Shown here: piece by piece, positions 1-12,640 of the stretch | Numbering within the stretch: position 1 is the stretch's first letter | Layout of the letters: each line of letters begins with the position of its first letter | Assembly: GCF_002113885.1 (NCBI RefSeq) | Contig: NW_018405338.1 | Coordinates: forward strand, 1,176,968 to 1,240,967 | Length of the DNA stretch: 64,000 bases | From: Mizuhopecten yessoensis | Taxonomy: Eukaryota | Direction: 5' to 3' | The notes under the pieces: model-generated | What the model was told of the DNA's origin: nothing | Databases searched by the model: none | Seen by the model: the letters and a program-made list of their open reading frames with translations, nothing else | Made by a program: the position numbers and the translations under genes

Positions 1-1270
1 TCTGAATAGTATTCGTTTTTATAACACATATGTGATACTTATCATAATGATTATAAAACTGGTTATACAAGCTTATATTGATTCCTTTTTGTTGGACCTG
101 CTGGTAAAACGTATGAGGCCTCTATATTGGAGGAAACTGAAGTAACCGGAGAAACTATCATGTAGTTTAGCAGGTGGCCCTTTACCCTAAAACATGCGAG
201 TTCAATGACATTTTGTAATATGCACGGTTGTTGCTTCATCTTCCATGAATCAGTCCAAAAATAAACTGAAGAGGAACTATTTTTTGCTATTGTAACCTGT
301 GGAGTTGTTTTCATTACCATAAGAATTCTGTATAAATATCGTTTGATATTCGAATCAAAGACCAACATGAAAGGTCATTAATGTTTAGGTAAAAACGTAC
401 CTCGGAAATTATTCGTTTATGCAACCTTATACTCTTCCTTATCTTCCATTATTTAATCAGTCCATGTCCTTGTCATTATGACTCCCTTAGCAAAAACCTA
501 TTATTCAGTTTTCCGTTTTCATTGGTAAGGAGAAAGAGCAAATATAGACGGATGTACTTAAAAAGGAATCTCAATATTTGAAGTGGCAGATATAAGAAGA
601 AAATGTTACTAAATAAAATATATCAATACTGGTCATGAAACATTTTTAATACAAAATGTTCGATTTCGTTCTCATGCATTTATTCGTTTAATGTATAAAT
701 CAGGTATTCGTTTGCTTTTTTATGTTATACATCACATTTGTCATCTGAAATAACTCCCCCCACCCCCTTCTATGTTGTCTGCATTCCTTCTTTCTTCCAG
801 CAATAATTATAAATTATAAACATTCAATGATACTGTGAAATAACACTTCTTTCTTAATATTTTTATTTTGATCAAGGCGTTTTCCGTTCTTTCAGTTTGG
901 TTTAGTGGTTAGAGAAGGTTACATGTATTTGCTATGCGATATGTGTGTGATGCATGTGCTGTGAGTTACATTGCGGGTTGAGACCAAAGTTAGCTGATCT
1001 TCCTAAATAGAGTTTTTAAATTGCTTTATGACTGGTAAACATATCGTATTGATTGATGAAACGATTTGACGTGCTGAAAATCAATAAATCTTACATACGT
1101 ATCGTTATTTAATACAGTAAATTTCATTGTAGATCACCAATCTCATTATCGATTTCATTATTCAATAATAGTGCATGAAACAAGAGCACACTTAACAATA
1201 CTTCACATATTGATATTCACTCATAATCCGTTAAATGCTCACGTGATATGGTAATCAACGGAGAGCTTAC

Positions 1271-1454
1271 CTAGTGTGTTTCCATGGTTACAGCTGTCTC
1301 CTATACAACAGTATTTACAGTGAACTTCGTTGGCACTCCCAAAGCATTGTGAACTGACAGCTCGAGCTTTTTCGACACAAGTTCGAAAAGATTCACATCC
1401 TTTATTAAGCTCTAGACCACTCGTTGTGAACGTCAAATTAGAATAACACACCGG
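1271..1454 (-). CDS. LRR-Ly6 protein, exon 7 (C-terminal half of Ly6/LU-like domain); the gene probably continues beyond the window start
   Basis: 184-bp phase 0-1 exon, TTTCAG|...|GTAAGC; PVCYSNLTFTTSGLELNKGCESFRTCVEKARAVSSQCFGSANEVHCKYCCIGDSCNHGNTL has the LU hallmarks 'KGC' and terminal 'CCxxDxCN', and is phase-compatible with exon 6. Confidence 0.82.
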
Positions 1455-3907
1455 CTGAAAAGATAAATACATATCATATAAAAAAGGACGCCATGTCTAC
1501 TCCATGTCTGATAGGTTGAACAACGTGCATATTGCCTGTCCATTGGATTCAGTAGGTGTTCTTCACTTCAAACATACGCACAACGTTAATACATACCAAA
1601 GGATCACATAGCAAAACTAGTCCCCTTTTTAATTATTTGATAAGTAGATATTTATAGTACCAGTGGCATTGATGTTTGATGATCTATCATGTTAAGCAAT
1701 AAAAATAAGCACTTGAAACAAAGAGATCAAACAAAAGGAAACTTTTGAACAATAGCGAATGCATCTGAATAATTGACAAGATCGAGAGTTATTTTCCATA
1801 TTTCATTCAGTAATTTCTCCCTTAGGTTACTTAAAAATATGTTTTAAAAGATATAGAATAAAAATGATTAAAAAACCTAAAGTGTGATCGTATTTGATTA
1901 TATGCACTGTTTATTTTTTTTAAACTAAATTTTTAGTAGAATTACAATTTAAAACTTGATTTTTAAGGAATCATGGCAAAATATTTTCTCATTAAAATCA
2001 GCATGATTATTTTCCCCAATATTGGGTTCAGCCTCTCAGCACCTGGAATGACTTGACATACATAAGATTATTAAATTTTCTTTTCCCAGAGATATATCAT
2101 AGCGAATTGAGTTGAAATATGACCACTTTTTTTTAGAAAGAGTAGACCTTTAAGACTTAAATACCAAAAATTTCCCTTGTACCCTAACCCGATCTCAAGG
2201 TAGCGACACCATTCCTTTTACAAAACAAGCTATTAGGAGAGCTTCAATATGTGAATATAGTTATATATATAAGATCGGAATCTAAATCATTTCTATGTTT
2301 TGATCCAAGTACTATGCCCTCAGAGAGAGGGCCTTACTCCTGGATCAATGCTGGTAATCTCCATCCATTAACTGTAGATGTGGTTAGATTGTGTGTATCG
2401 AAGACGTTTTTAACTTTTTTTTGCCCCGCCCCGCAGCCCCGGGGAGTAAAGTCTTCCATTTGTACAATCTTAGATGCATACATTAATGTATTTCTCGTCG
2501 TCAGGTTTCATGGAATTCCTTTCAGCATTTCAGAAAAAAGAAGTCATTTCAAGAATTGTTGATGAAGGGATGTGGAAGGGTAATTAAATAGAGGTCAATG
2601 ATATATTTATAATTGATCTCTGAAAAGAATGTATATTTGCAGAGTAAAACGTCATAATAAAGTTTATGAATAATGTATTGCTATTAACGTTGTAACATGG
2701 AATACAAAGTCAAGGATAGGAAGAAAATCAATAACCATAAATGACCTTTCTAATAAATGGACATAAAAAACAAGGAAGTACGCCACTTGCATCACCTATT
2801 CAAAATAATTAGTAATGCGACACAATTCAACGCGATATTAATAGGCAAGAACTCTTTCATATCAAGCAATTTTGACCTTAAGGTATCATTATAGGTATAA
2901 CCCTTCCAAATTAATCAGGGATGAGAGTTGTGTGTGGTTGTTTGTATTCCTAAAGACCTACTTGTATTTCATTCTAATTGCAGAATTTGATATTATAGAT
3001 ACCAAAGACTTTACTTATGAAACCATTGTTACTTTATATATGTATGAATATAATTGTCTCCTCCCTGCCAGAAAGATGAGCGTAAGACAAACATATTTGA
3101 TACAGAACGCCAAAAATAAATACCTATCATAAAGCACAACATCACATTCATGACTGTTCACCTTTCGTCACTAGTAGTCAGACAGTTGTGGAAAATAGAC
3201 CAACATTATACTTTCCATAAGTTTGCAGAGTATTCTACCGGACAATCTTTGATCTACGTTGACGACATGTCACGATCGGCACGAGTAAAGACTGTTTTAC
3301 AATGTTATAGATCATTCATGACCAACATACTGTCCTGGATGTGACATACGACATAATGACGGATACATGTTTTATGTGAGTTCACAATCTTTATGTTGTT
3401 GTTTGAGTGTCACCCAAGTTCAGTTTATTGTCATTTTATAGATTTTGAGTTAGAATTTCCTCCTTGTATTCCCTTTTGATTCACATAAAAAGAAAAGAAA
3501 ACTATTTTTTTTAAAATCTTTTATTGGTGTATCAACTTTTTCAAAATGATACACGTGAATATAACTCTATCACAACATAATGAACAAATCTCAATACCAC
3601 TTTTTAAAACATTAATACTAAAACAACAAGACTTGTAAGCCACTTTATAAGATATATGCCCAGCTCTTTCCGAGCAAACTTCCGTCGTCAACTTTTATCA
3701 GGTATGTTGATGAAGTGATATGCATGCTGAAGTTCCTGTAATAAATGTTTAACAGTTGTCTTTGATAATATTAAAAGTATCGAAATATATCTCTGAGGGA
3801 ATAATCGCCATGCATTCCTCACTTAGAGCCAATAATTCTTCCATTGAAGACAGTACGTAGTAAAATCGTTCAAGAATTGTCAATATAATAAGTTGTTACA
3901 TTGTGTG

Positions 3908-4065
3908 TATTCCGTCTTTGCGTATTGCAGAGTTATCTTCTCTTGGGATCAGGTATTGATTGTTACGTCACTTGTTTGTGAGAGTAACGTCACCAATTTT
4001 TGAGAAAACGACGTTATTTCTTTTACACAAACCAATGACGTAACAATCAATACGCAAAGACGGAA
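3908..4065. mobile_element. MITE family A copy (right arm internally deleted)
   Basis: TATTCCGTCTTTGCGTATTG...CAATACGCAAAGACGGAA; same family as 23313, 52657 and 56486. Confidence 0.8.
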
Positions 4066-4155
4066 GAGGGAAATCATAGAAAACCTTCAAAGCTGAAACA
4101 AAAGTGTGATAATTAATTTTCAATATAACAGACAAGAATTGTAGAAGTAACCGGA

Positions 4156-4377
4156 TAATATGGTGTCCACCGATGGATCGATGGACGGACCACCTGATGA
4201 CAGTATCCCCCTGGCCTCGTTGTGGGAGGTTTATAATATGGTGTCCACCGATGGATCGATAGACGGACCACCTGATGACAGTATCCCCCTGGCCTCGTTG
4301 TGGGAGGTTTATAATATGGTGTCCACCGATGGAACGATGGACGGACCATCTGATGACAGTATCCCCCTTTATAATAT
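4156..4377. repeat. 78-bp tandem repeat, ~2.8 copies
   Basis: Unit ATAATATGGTGTCCACCGATGGATCGATGGACGGACCACCTGATGACAGTATCCCCCTGGCCTCGTTGTGGGAGGTTT; explains the three overlapping repetitive ORFs. Confidence 0.95.
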
Positions 4378-5683
4378 GCAATTAAAGAATCATATTTGGT
4401 AATACGTCAGCAGAATTTCTAAGTGTGCTCATACAATCGATAAGTGGACGTTACAAAGTAAGCAGCATATTATGATCTTATCCTTGTTATCAATGCAATG
4501 ACTGGGACCAGTCACCTGCCATAAAAAAAAGTTTATCTGCAAAACTAAATTTTGTCAGTGCAAAGTAGCACGAGAGCAGCTATGTATATCCATTAGAATT
4601 TTTTAAAAGGGCACATTGTTTAGCACTTTTAATCAAACATTTTCACAACAGATCTACAACTGAAATATGAATCAGATTTGGAGAAGTGTTTCGGCAAACC
4701 ATATATAAAACTGAAACATCAACAAATTTGTCAGCGAAACCTCCGACAATTTAGCAGGGGAGCCACAAGCGTTGCTAAAATAAACTTCCGCTTATATCTG
4801 GACATCCATGATGTGTTTATTATTTTATCGGTCTCCTACTTTCTTTTTATCGTATTTTCCATTCTATTTTGATTTCTTTCCATATGTGTAAGCACTGCGG
4901 TATATGTAATATTGACACAACATCTTAGCAGAATTAATTTTTAAGCATATGCAAAAGTTTATAATTTGGAAAAAGATTAAAAAGAATGAAAAATATACTA
5001 AAACGTGGACATAAGAGTCATTTCATAATGATTTAATTTGATAAGTTCGTTGTCCTTGTTATCAAATAAAGTCCTATACCTAAATTTAGTGCACTACTGC
5101 ATCCATTTGTCTGATAAGTTGCCAGAGTCATACAGTGACACGCCTGGTTCGTACTACCATAAACAATATTTTTTACTTCAAAGTGATTGTAGTGTAAACA
5201 AAATATCCATTTATACGACTTTGACTTCATGGTACTCAACTATCCGAGACGTGAGCAAGGAAATACCAGTCCGATATCATTATAATATATCATGACGTCA
5301 TCCCTTTCTGTGTTATGTCGTCCTGTCAACATAAATAAACATTTCCCTTGATGAACCTCTAAAAAGGGGACAGTACTAGGGAGATACTAAGGAGCTCATT
5401 TTTATATTTAACCATCGAGAAGAAAAACGATGTATTGAAAATGTGTCGAAATGGCGAAAGTGTACAATAAACTGATCGACAATCGGACAATTCGTCTACT
5501 TAATATGGGAGTGTATGTCAGACTCATACACAGACATAAAGAAACAGACCAACAAAAATTCTGCAGTTTGTGGAATGGTCAATCAGAGTTGGATTGCCTG
5601 CCCTTGTACCATTTCTCTCCGCTAGGTTGCGCTCTTTTGTCAAAACAAAGACCAAACTGTTGAGAAGCGCCTTACGATAAATA

Positions 5684-6513
5684 TTGATGAACGGAGGAAA
5701 CAGCAGGAGGCAATTATAGCATATACCAAACTTGATGTTGGTAGTTATTTAGTATATGTTGACTTATGTCAAACCCTAAGTGAGTCGTCAGAAGAAGAAG
5801 GAAATGAGGAAGAAAAATGCAAAGTCTTCCTGATAAGACTTATTTTTATTTGAATTTCTAATTAATTTTATCCTTTGTTACACAAGCGGCTCCACTTAAG
5901 CCAAACACATATTGACCACGCGTACATCACGTGAACAGTCAACGCTGATTGGTCAACTAAAGGCGGTCACGGTTGAGTGGAGCGCACTTGAACCTCACCT
6001 TCGTCAGTGATCAGCAACAGTGCACAGACTGATTTTTGTAAATATTGACAAAAACGCACCCTCCACCATCCCTTCTGACGCCTTCCTTTCGGTTAATGTT
6101 GTTTATTCAGTTTTATTTAATGCATTTCATTGTAATAATTGGTATATTTTAACCGTTACTACATCATAAAAGATGTACATGTATATCTAAAATAACGTAT
6201 ACGTTAAGATTATACAGAAGGAACAGGTATTTTGATTCATTTGTATTGGCGGTTTTATGGGCCGGAATTTCATCAAAAAATATTATTTAGTAATATGGAC
6301 GATCAATGATAAATTCAACGGCCACCCGTAGGTGAGCCATTTACGGCATTTCGTCGTTTGGAGTTATATTTATAGATTTTGATGAACGGAGGAAACAGCA
6401 GGAGGCAATTATAACACATGCCAAACTTTATGTTTGTAGTTATTCAGTATATGTTGACTTATGTCAAACCCTAAGTGAGTCGTCGTCAGAAGAAGGAAAT
6501 GTGGAAGAAAAAT
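5684..6513. repeat. Pair of ~135-bp direct repeats (5684-5818 and 6379-6513)
   Basis: Both read TTGATGAACGGAGGAAACAGCAGGAGGCAATTATA...CCCTAAGTGAGTCGTC...GGAAGAAAAAT. Confidence 0.9.
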
Positions 6514-7618
6514 ATCACTACAGCATGAACGCATTTATTTTAGGAATGAAACATACTTGCATGTGGTTTACATCGATTGCACGTGTAATTTAAAAAAAAA
6601 ATCTTAACTGCTAATTAGTATATATTTCGCATGCAACTTTTCAGTAAAATTAATAATAAGTTATGATGGTAGGATTTCCTTTTGCAAAAACATGAATCAT
6701 GATTTACAAACAAACTCATCCAATTACAATCGTATTGTATGATTATCCGACGAGCGATTACTAAATAACAATATCATAAATCGTGCTGTCTGAAAGTAAC
6801 ACAATCCATAATGAGACATATAAAAACTAATTAACGATGTATCTGTTAATTTAATGAACACCATTCGCACTGTTTGGTGGTAGTAAGATAGGTTTTTGAC
6901 GATGTGTTTATCATTTTTATGTCAAATAACGTATTATTAAGTATTATTTATGTCAGTGGACAAGCTTAACCTGTATAGTAATGATCTGTTTCCAACGTAT
7001 TAAGACATTGTTGTGTGGATTTGGTATAATGATAAAAAGAGAACAGGAACAAAATGGGCGGATAATCACATAGATATATGGTAGCCTTCTTACCCTCCGC
7101 CTCCCCTCAAACCTGCTTTGCCTGTGCCCTTTGACCCTTTAATCTTGACCGATGACCATACAAATCTAATTAGATATAAAACTCGATATAACCATTATAT
7201 GATGTATATCTGAACTAAGTGTGTTCAGGTGTTGTTTATTAGATATCTTGTACACAAGCTTTTTATTACCGAAGGACGGACTGGTGGACGCACACACGGA
7301 CGGATGCAGTGACAAAGCGATTACTTTATATCCCTCTCGCTACATTCGGGTATAATAAGAATGGAAATGCCTTAAAGTAAAGATACTACTGCATCAGTCA
7401 TTATCTCGAAGAAGGTATGTTTGACTTGTGGTATTCTCCCTACAAATATTAGCGCTTTTTTAGCTTATGACCACATCAATTGTCAATTTATTGCTCCCTC
7501 AGTTTTCAATCCCCGCATAAAATTTTAAACCCATCAATAAACCTCAAAGTGTTTTGCTGATTTTAGTTTTTAATTCATGGAAAACAACAATGTAAAACTG
7601 TAGGGTTGTCAGTATTAA

Positions 7619-8880
7619 AGGGACACCACGTGAAAAGGCGTGTTTTTTTTAATGAATGTATGTATTGTATGCACTTCCACTTATGTTACCACGCTATCCC
7701 CATATTCATAGTCCGTTCCAAATGTCCAGTTTGACCACTTGAATTGTTCGGGAAAGCCCTGCTAAAAATAGCGCCGATAACGTCACCCGACTAGGCAGTA
7801 AACACAAGTGGTGCGAGCGAGATGAAACGGTTTCCAAAGNNNNNNNNNNNNNNNNNNNNNNNNNNNNNNNNNNNNNNNNNNNNNNNNNNNNNNNNNNNNN
7901 NNNNNNNNNNNNNNNNNNNNNNNNNNNNNNNNNNNNNNNNNNNNNNNNNNNNNNNNNNNNNNNNNNNNNNNNNNNNNNNNNNNNNNNNNNNNNNNNNNNN
8001 NNNNNNNNNNNNNNNNNNNNNNNNNNNNNNNNNNNNNNNNNNNNNNNNNNNNNNNNNNNNNNNNNNNNNNNNNNNNNNNNNNNNNNNNNNNNNNNNNNNN
8101 NNNNNNNNNNNNNNNNNNNNNNNNNNNNNNNNNNNNNNNNNNNNNNNNNNNNNNNNNNNNNNNNNNNNNNNNNNNNNNNNNNNNNNNNNNNNNNNNNNNN
8201 NNNNNNNNNNNNNNNNNNNNNNNNNNNNNNNNNNNNNNNNNNNNNNNNNNNNNNNNNNNNNNNNNNNNNNNNNNNNNNNNNNNNNNNNNNNNNNNNNNNN
8301 NNNNNNNNNNNNNNNNNNNNNNNNNNNNNNNNNNNNNNNNNNNNNNNNNNNNNNNNNNNNNNNNNNNNNNNNNNNNNNNNNNNNNNNNNNNNNNNNNNNN
8401 NNNNNNNNNNNNNNNNNNNNNNNNNNNNNNNNNNNNNNNNNNNNNNNNNNNNNNNNNNGGCTATCCGGAAGAATACATGCACCGTACTAACTGCTACGGC
8501 AGTTATTTTCTCCTTTGAATACTGCCCACCTGCAATAATGATTCCGTAACGTACTCCTTGCGCTATCTTTTGACCATTTGGCAACTTTTCGTTTCGTAGC
8601 TGACACGGTACAACACTTTTCTTTCGCTTACTTCACACGGCCAGTCATTTTGTTTACAAAGAAATGGTGTGCTATGCGCATGCGCCAGTAGAGGGAAATC
8701 CCTGAACAAAACGTTGGTCAGACAGGTAGAAATACCGATGATTTTCTTAGATTTAATCATTTTTATGAATCTATTTCAGCCAAATCCGATCGTTATTTTC
8801 CATAAGGAGTCTCACTTGATATGTTTATGTAGTATTTGAAAAAAAGACAAAAAATAAAGTTACTTCACCGTGATGCCCCT
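7619..8880. mobile_element. Non-autonomous DNA transposon with TTAA target duplication (Kolobok-like), spanning the gap
   Basis: Left TTAA|AGGGACACCACGTG, right CACCGTGATGCCCCT|TTAA: imperfect TIRs beginning AGGG, flanked by TTAA. Confidence 0.6.
7840..8458. other. Assembly gap (619 N)
   Basis: Run of n characters. Confidence 1.
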
Positions 8881-9728
8881 TTAAGATCACGATGTCGATT
8901 CTTGCATTTATTTATTTTCTCTCCGTTTTTCAAATATGCATCATTCTTAAACTATATATATGTAAAATGTTTTCAACTTGGTTTTTATATTGAATTCTTT
9001 CGTTAAAAAATAAGTAAACTAAAAGTTTAATCCGGGTGACAATGGTATAAATAGACTTGATGGTACTCTTTACTTAAATACAACTGGAGTAAAATAGACA
9101 AAACATTTACCTTAGTTCAAATACGTCGGGAGAAATGTGAGCCTTAATTAAAATCAATACGAGCAGGCATTAATAGAACCAAATTAACAACAAAACCAGA
9201 TATTATGAAACCCTACAGAGAAAGGAGAGGCTAGATTTTTGGAACTGGTCAACAGTTCATTTAACTCAGTGCACCAACCATAACGCCTCTTTTATAATCC
9301 CTGTCGATGTCATATCTACCTGACACATGTTTATTAGCTAGCAACACCCTACGACACATTGAACTTATCTATTATTATAAGCTGTCACACACTCATAACA
9401 ACATTTTCATTTGTTTGATTATGATCACGATGAGGACGGTGTTTGTGATATTGACTCGGTCTTAATATATTTTTTAGAAATAGTAGGTTAATATTCATTT
9501 TATGACGTCATTTCAATGGTAGCGACACAATGCTTTCTGCAAAATGCAGTATTTTTTTCCTGAAATTTCACACGTTTTATCATTGTTAAGGATTTAAACA
9601 TTGTTAAGCGTCAAATATAACAACTAAGGACTTTTATTTCGGCGAATTTTCGATGAAAAAAGTCTTTCTCAGGTTCATATAACCACATTATCACCTCAAC
9701 AAAAATCATTCATTGATAAACAGAGGAT

Positions 9729-9866
9729 ATTTAATGGTGTCGTCATTAATAACAAATATATTTCACGAGTGTGGCTAATATTTTGATATTTTTTACTCGT
9801 GTAAAATATCAAAATATTAGACACACTCGTGAAATATATTTGTTATTACTAAAGACACCATTAAAT
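9729..9866. mobile_element. Fold-back (palindromic) MITE-like element
   Basis: ATTTAATGGTGTC...TTTCACGAGTGTGGCTAATATTTTGATATTTT / AAAATATCAAAATATTAGACACACTCGTGAAA...GACACCATTAAAT. Confidence 0.75.
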
Positions 9867-10736
9867 TTTCTATTTATTACATTTTTAAAGCATAAACATA
9901 AACAAAAATGTAATGCATTAAAAAAGGGCAGGAATCAGGAGCGTAATAATTAGCACCATATCCTAATGACGTCACACTTGACAACAAGGCTGCAAGCCAT
10001 TTTGAATGGGATACTCAACGCAATTCCGACGTTTTCTGCTATTTTCTGGTATAATTGCTTATAAAAAATGTTATTAATTGTATATTAATGTAAATACTTA
10101 TGTGTGTGTACCAAACATTTACCATAACAGCCACTTATTCTGCTATCGCTTCATTTGAATCTGAACAAAAAACGTTGCCTTTGAATGCAGCGAATAGAAG
10201 ATGCCGTTATGATTGGTCAATATCAAAAATATCACTTTTGATATTTGTCACAGTGTGAAAGATATCAGTTTTATCAAGTTGATAAAATCCAATATTTCAC
10301 TGGCAAAAATGTAATAAATGTTTTATCCAACCTGTTTCTTTAAATGACGCCAAAATTGAAGTCAGACATTGCTGCTTTCAAAATAAAATACATTCAGTTT
10401 ATGTTATTATGTTGAATACTTTTGAGAAATTGGTAATCAATTAGTTTACATTCATAAATCTCTACCGTTTTGAAACACGTTTTCTACCTCTAAGACATAC
10501 CAGCATTTTAAAAATATTTGCCTTAGTTTGAAAGGCAGTCCTATAAATTATAAATACAAAATCGTAAAACATGTGTTGGATAAATTGTGCTGAATTTGAA
10601 CAAGGACAGTGCTATATCATTGAAAAAGTGGGTCTGTAAAAGGATCATGGTCATTTCACGACATTCCTGAAAGTTCCATGAATCGATCTGGTAGTTTTTG
10701 ACAGGATATCGTTGAAAAGAAATTACTACACAAAAT

Positions 10737-12110
10737 TCACGCCTGCTCTATCTTTAAACGGCATTTGTCCCAATGCTCCCGACATTCTTCACGAAAGTTC
10801 TTGTTAATAATTGTATAAATTACAGGATTTGCAGCATTGTTAAGATAAAACAGATGCATGAAAAATGTTTCCATCGCCTTTCCGGTCTCTGACTGGCCGG
10901 CCATATACGACGGCGCGAATAACCAGCAAAACCTGATTACCCAGAATGGAAGCCAGGAGAGCAGGAACACCGCCGTCACTAAAAACAGGATTTTCGCCGC
11001 CTTTAACCTGGCCTTGTTACACTGTATACTCTCGTCCTTCCATTTCAACTTATCCTTTCGGGTCATTCTCGCAATTGCGTAGTTTTTCCTTCTTTGATGA
11101 TTTACTGAGCTGACCTTGTTGTCTTTCTGAACATATTTATTACAGTTTTTCAATATTGGCTGGTGTATCTTCTCTGTATCCAAATCCTTATATACACTCG
11201 CTGTGAACATGCTGGCGGTTAACGAAACATTCTCGATTGTTGACACAGAACAAATATCCGAAGATCTCGACAAGACCAGTGAGGGACTACCTATACCATC
11301 CTTACTTGTACTGCCTTGGTCTAACGAGGTTAGGAACGATCTTTTGTTTGCATATTTTTCGTTCTTTTTCGATGAATCAGTGACCAAGTCTTTGGGAGAA
11401 ACAAGTCGTAAGCGGCGTCGATAGGCTGTACGGGCAACACTGAAATACAGTATCATCATTCCTAAAACAATGACGCTAAAGTTTACAAACATAACCATTC
11501 CAAATGAAGCCATCGACAGTGACCCTTGATAAAGATCACTGAAGTCGCATACATATCCTTTGATAGTTCCTTGAACCGGAGTTGGTACTTCTATCATCCT
11601 CTTTCCGTAAAACTCAAGCAACGGTAGACTGACAACTATGCCTATTGCAAACGTTGCGATCAAAATACTCGTGGAATGTTTCTGATATTTTAGGAACTGA
11701 AATGGTCTGCAAATGGCAAGATACCTGTCCACGGCTACCACAAGTAAAACGATGGCGGATACGGACAATATGGAATGAATCAAAAACTCGAACAATTTGC
11801 ATGTCAATACCTGTTGTTGGTTATAGCTGTTAAATAACTTGGATATAACGTAGGGATGAATAGCCACGCAGGAAGTTAGATCTATACAGGCCAGAGTGAT
11901 TACGAAGCAGTTGGCAGTGGTTCGAACCTTACGAACGCTGTATATCCAGATCACAATCAGGTTACCGGGGATACCTATTATCATCAGAAGACACATAAAC
12001 GATAGCAAGGGAACACTCCGTATAACCATTTCATCATTTAGCTGGTCGATTGTCTTTTTCCAGCAAATAAAATCGCATGAAGCAAAGGAGGAATTGTTGC
12101 TAGTATTCAT
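10737..12110 (-). CDS. Rhodopsin-like (class A) GPCR, peptide-receptor type (CCK/gastrin-receptor-like orphan), intronless CDS, 457 aa
   Basis: Seven hydrophobic segments; TM1 GIPGN, TM2 LACID, TM3 Cys (CKLF) and VDRY-LAICRP, ECL2 Cys (YVCDF), long Ser-rich ICL3, TM6 FLLSWLPF, TM7 NNAANPVIY; N-terminal N-glycosylation sequons NTS/NNS/NSS. Confidence 0.96.
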   Translation of the reverse strand: MNTSNNSSFASCDFICWKKTIDQLNDEMVIRSVPLLSFMCLLMIIGIPGNLIVIWIYSVRKVRTTANCFVITLACIDLTSCVAIHPYVISKLFNSYNQQQVLTCKLFEFLIHSILSVSAIVLLVVAVDRYLAICRPFQFLKYQKHSTSILIATFAIGIVVSLPLLEFYGKRMIEVPTPVQGTIKGYVCDFSDLYQGSLSMASFGMVMFVNFSVIVLGMMILYFSVARTAYRRRLRLVSPKDLVTDSSKKNEKYANKRSFLTSLDQGSTSKDGIGSPSLVLSRSSDICSVSTIENVSLTASMFTASVYKDLDTEKIHQPILKNCNKYVQKDNKVSSVNHQRRKNYAIARMTRKDKLKWKDESIQCNKARLKAAKILFLVTAVFLLSWLPFWVIRFCWLFAPSYMAGQSETGKAMETFFMHLFYLNNAANPVIYTIINKNFREECREHWDKCRLKIEQA

Positions 12111-12423
12111 TATGATAAATACAATTTTTCACGAACATCTGAAATGAAAAGAAAGTTTTTTTATAATTGTATGTGATAAACTCAAAACCCATCATTTTTT
12201 TTACAATTATCCGTTTTCTGATGGACGTTTCAATATCCTTATTTTATTTTATTTTTAATGAGATTTTTCAATTAATATTTCATTTTTTGTTTACTGTAAA
12301 AAATTTATTCAGTTTTTTGTTTGCTACGGTATTAAAGCATTCAAAGTAGTTAAGGTAATAAAAACATACTAAAACACTGAAATATCATAACCGCCAGATC
12401 ACATAAGACTAAAACAGACTTAC

Positions 12424-12640
12424 CGGAGAATATCAATGAAAAACATTTAAGCTGTATTACTAGCAATATCGCAGATACGTATAGAACTAACGTTCGGTTA
12501 TGTCAGAATACCATCAAACGGTTGAAGATGATGTAACAGAAATGAATAATGTTATTCCTGAAGTATTTTGCCGAATAAAGTCATAATAAATCACAATGTG
12601 CGCAGGATGTTTTTGGCTTCCTATGAGGATCAATGGACAT
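12424..12640 (-). other. Probable 5'UTR exon of the GPCR
   Basis: Bounded by acceptor ATTTTGTAG| and donor CCG|GTAAGT. A further donor TTG|GTAAGT lies at 12939/12938, and a strong acceptor CTTTCTTTTCATTTCAG| at 12139/12138 sits 28 nt before the GPCR ATG. Confidence 0.55.

Noticed and set aside
63-368. 101-aa minus-strand ORF as the next exon of the LRR-Ly6 gene
   Set aside because: It overlaps a degenerate SINE core (~90-190, GGAGGAAACTGAAGTAACCGGAGAAA) and has no recognisable domain. An acceptor near 266 is possible but unsupported.
3968-4402. Repetitive ORFs on both strands
   Set aside because: Produced by the 78-bp tandem repeat (a multiple of 3) and the adjacent MITE.
7706-8584. Long ORFs of 292 and 222 aa
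   Set aside because: Artefacts of translating through the N gap.
10858-12147. Plus-strand ORFs antisense to the GPCR
   Set aside because: Short shadow ORFs of the real CDS.
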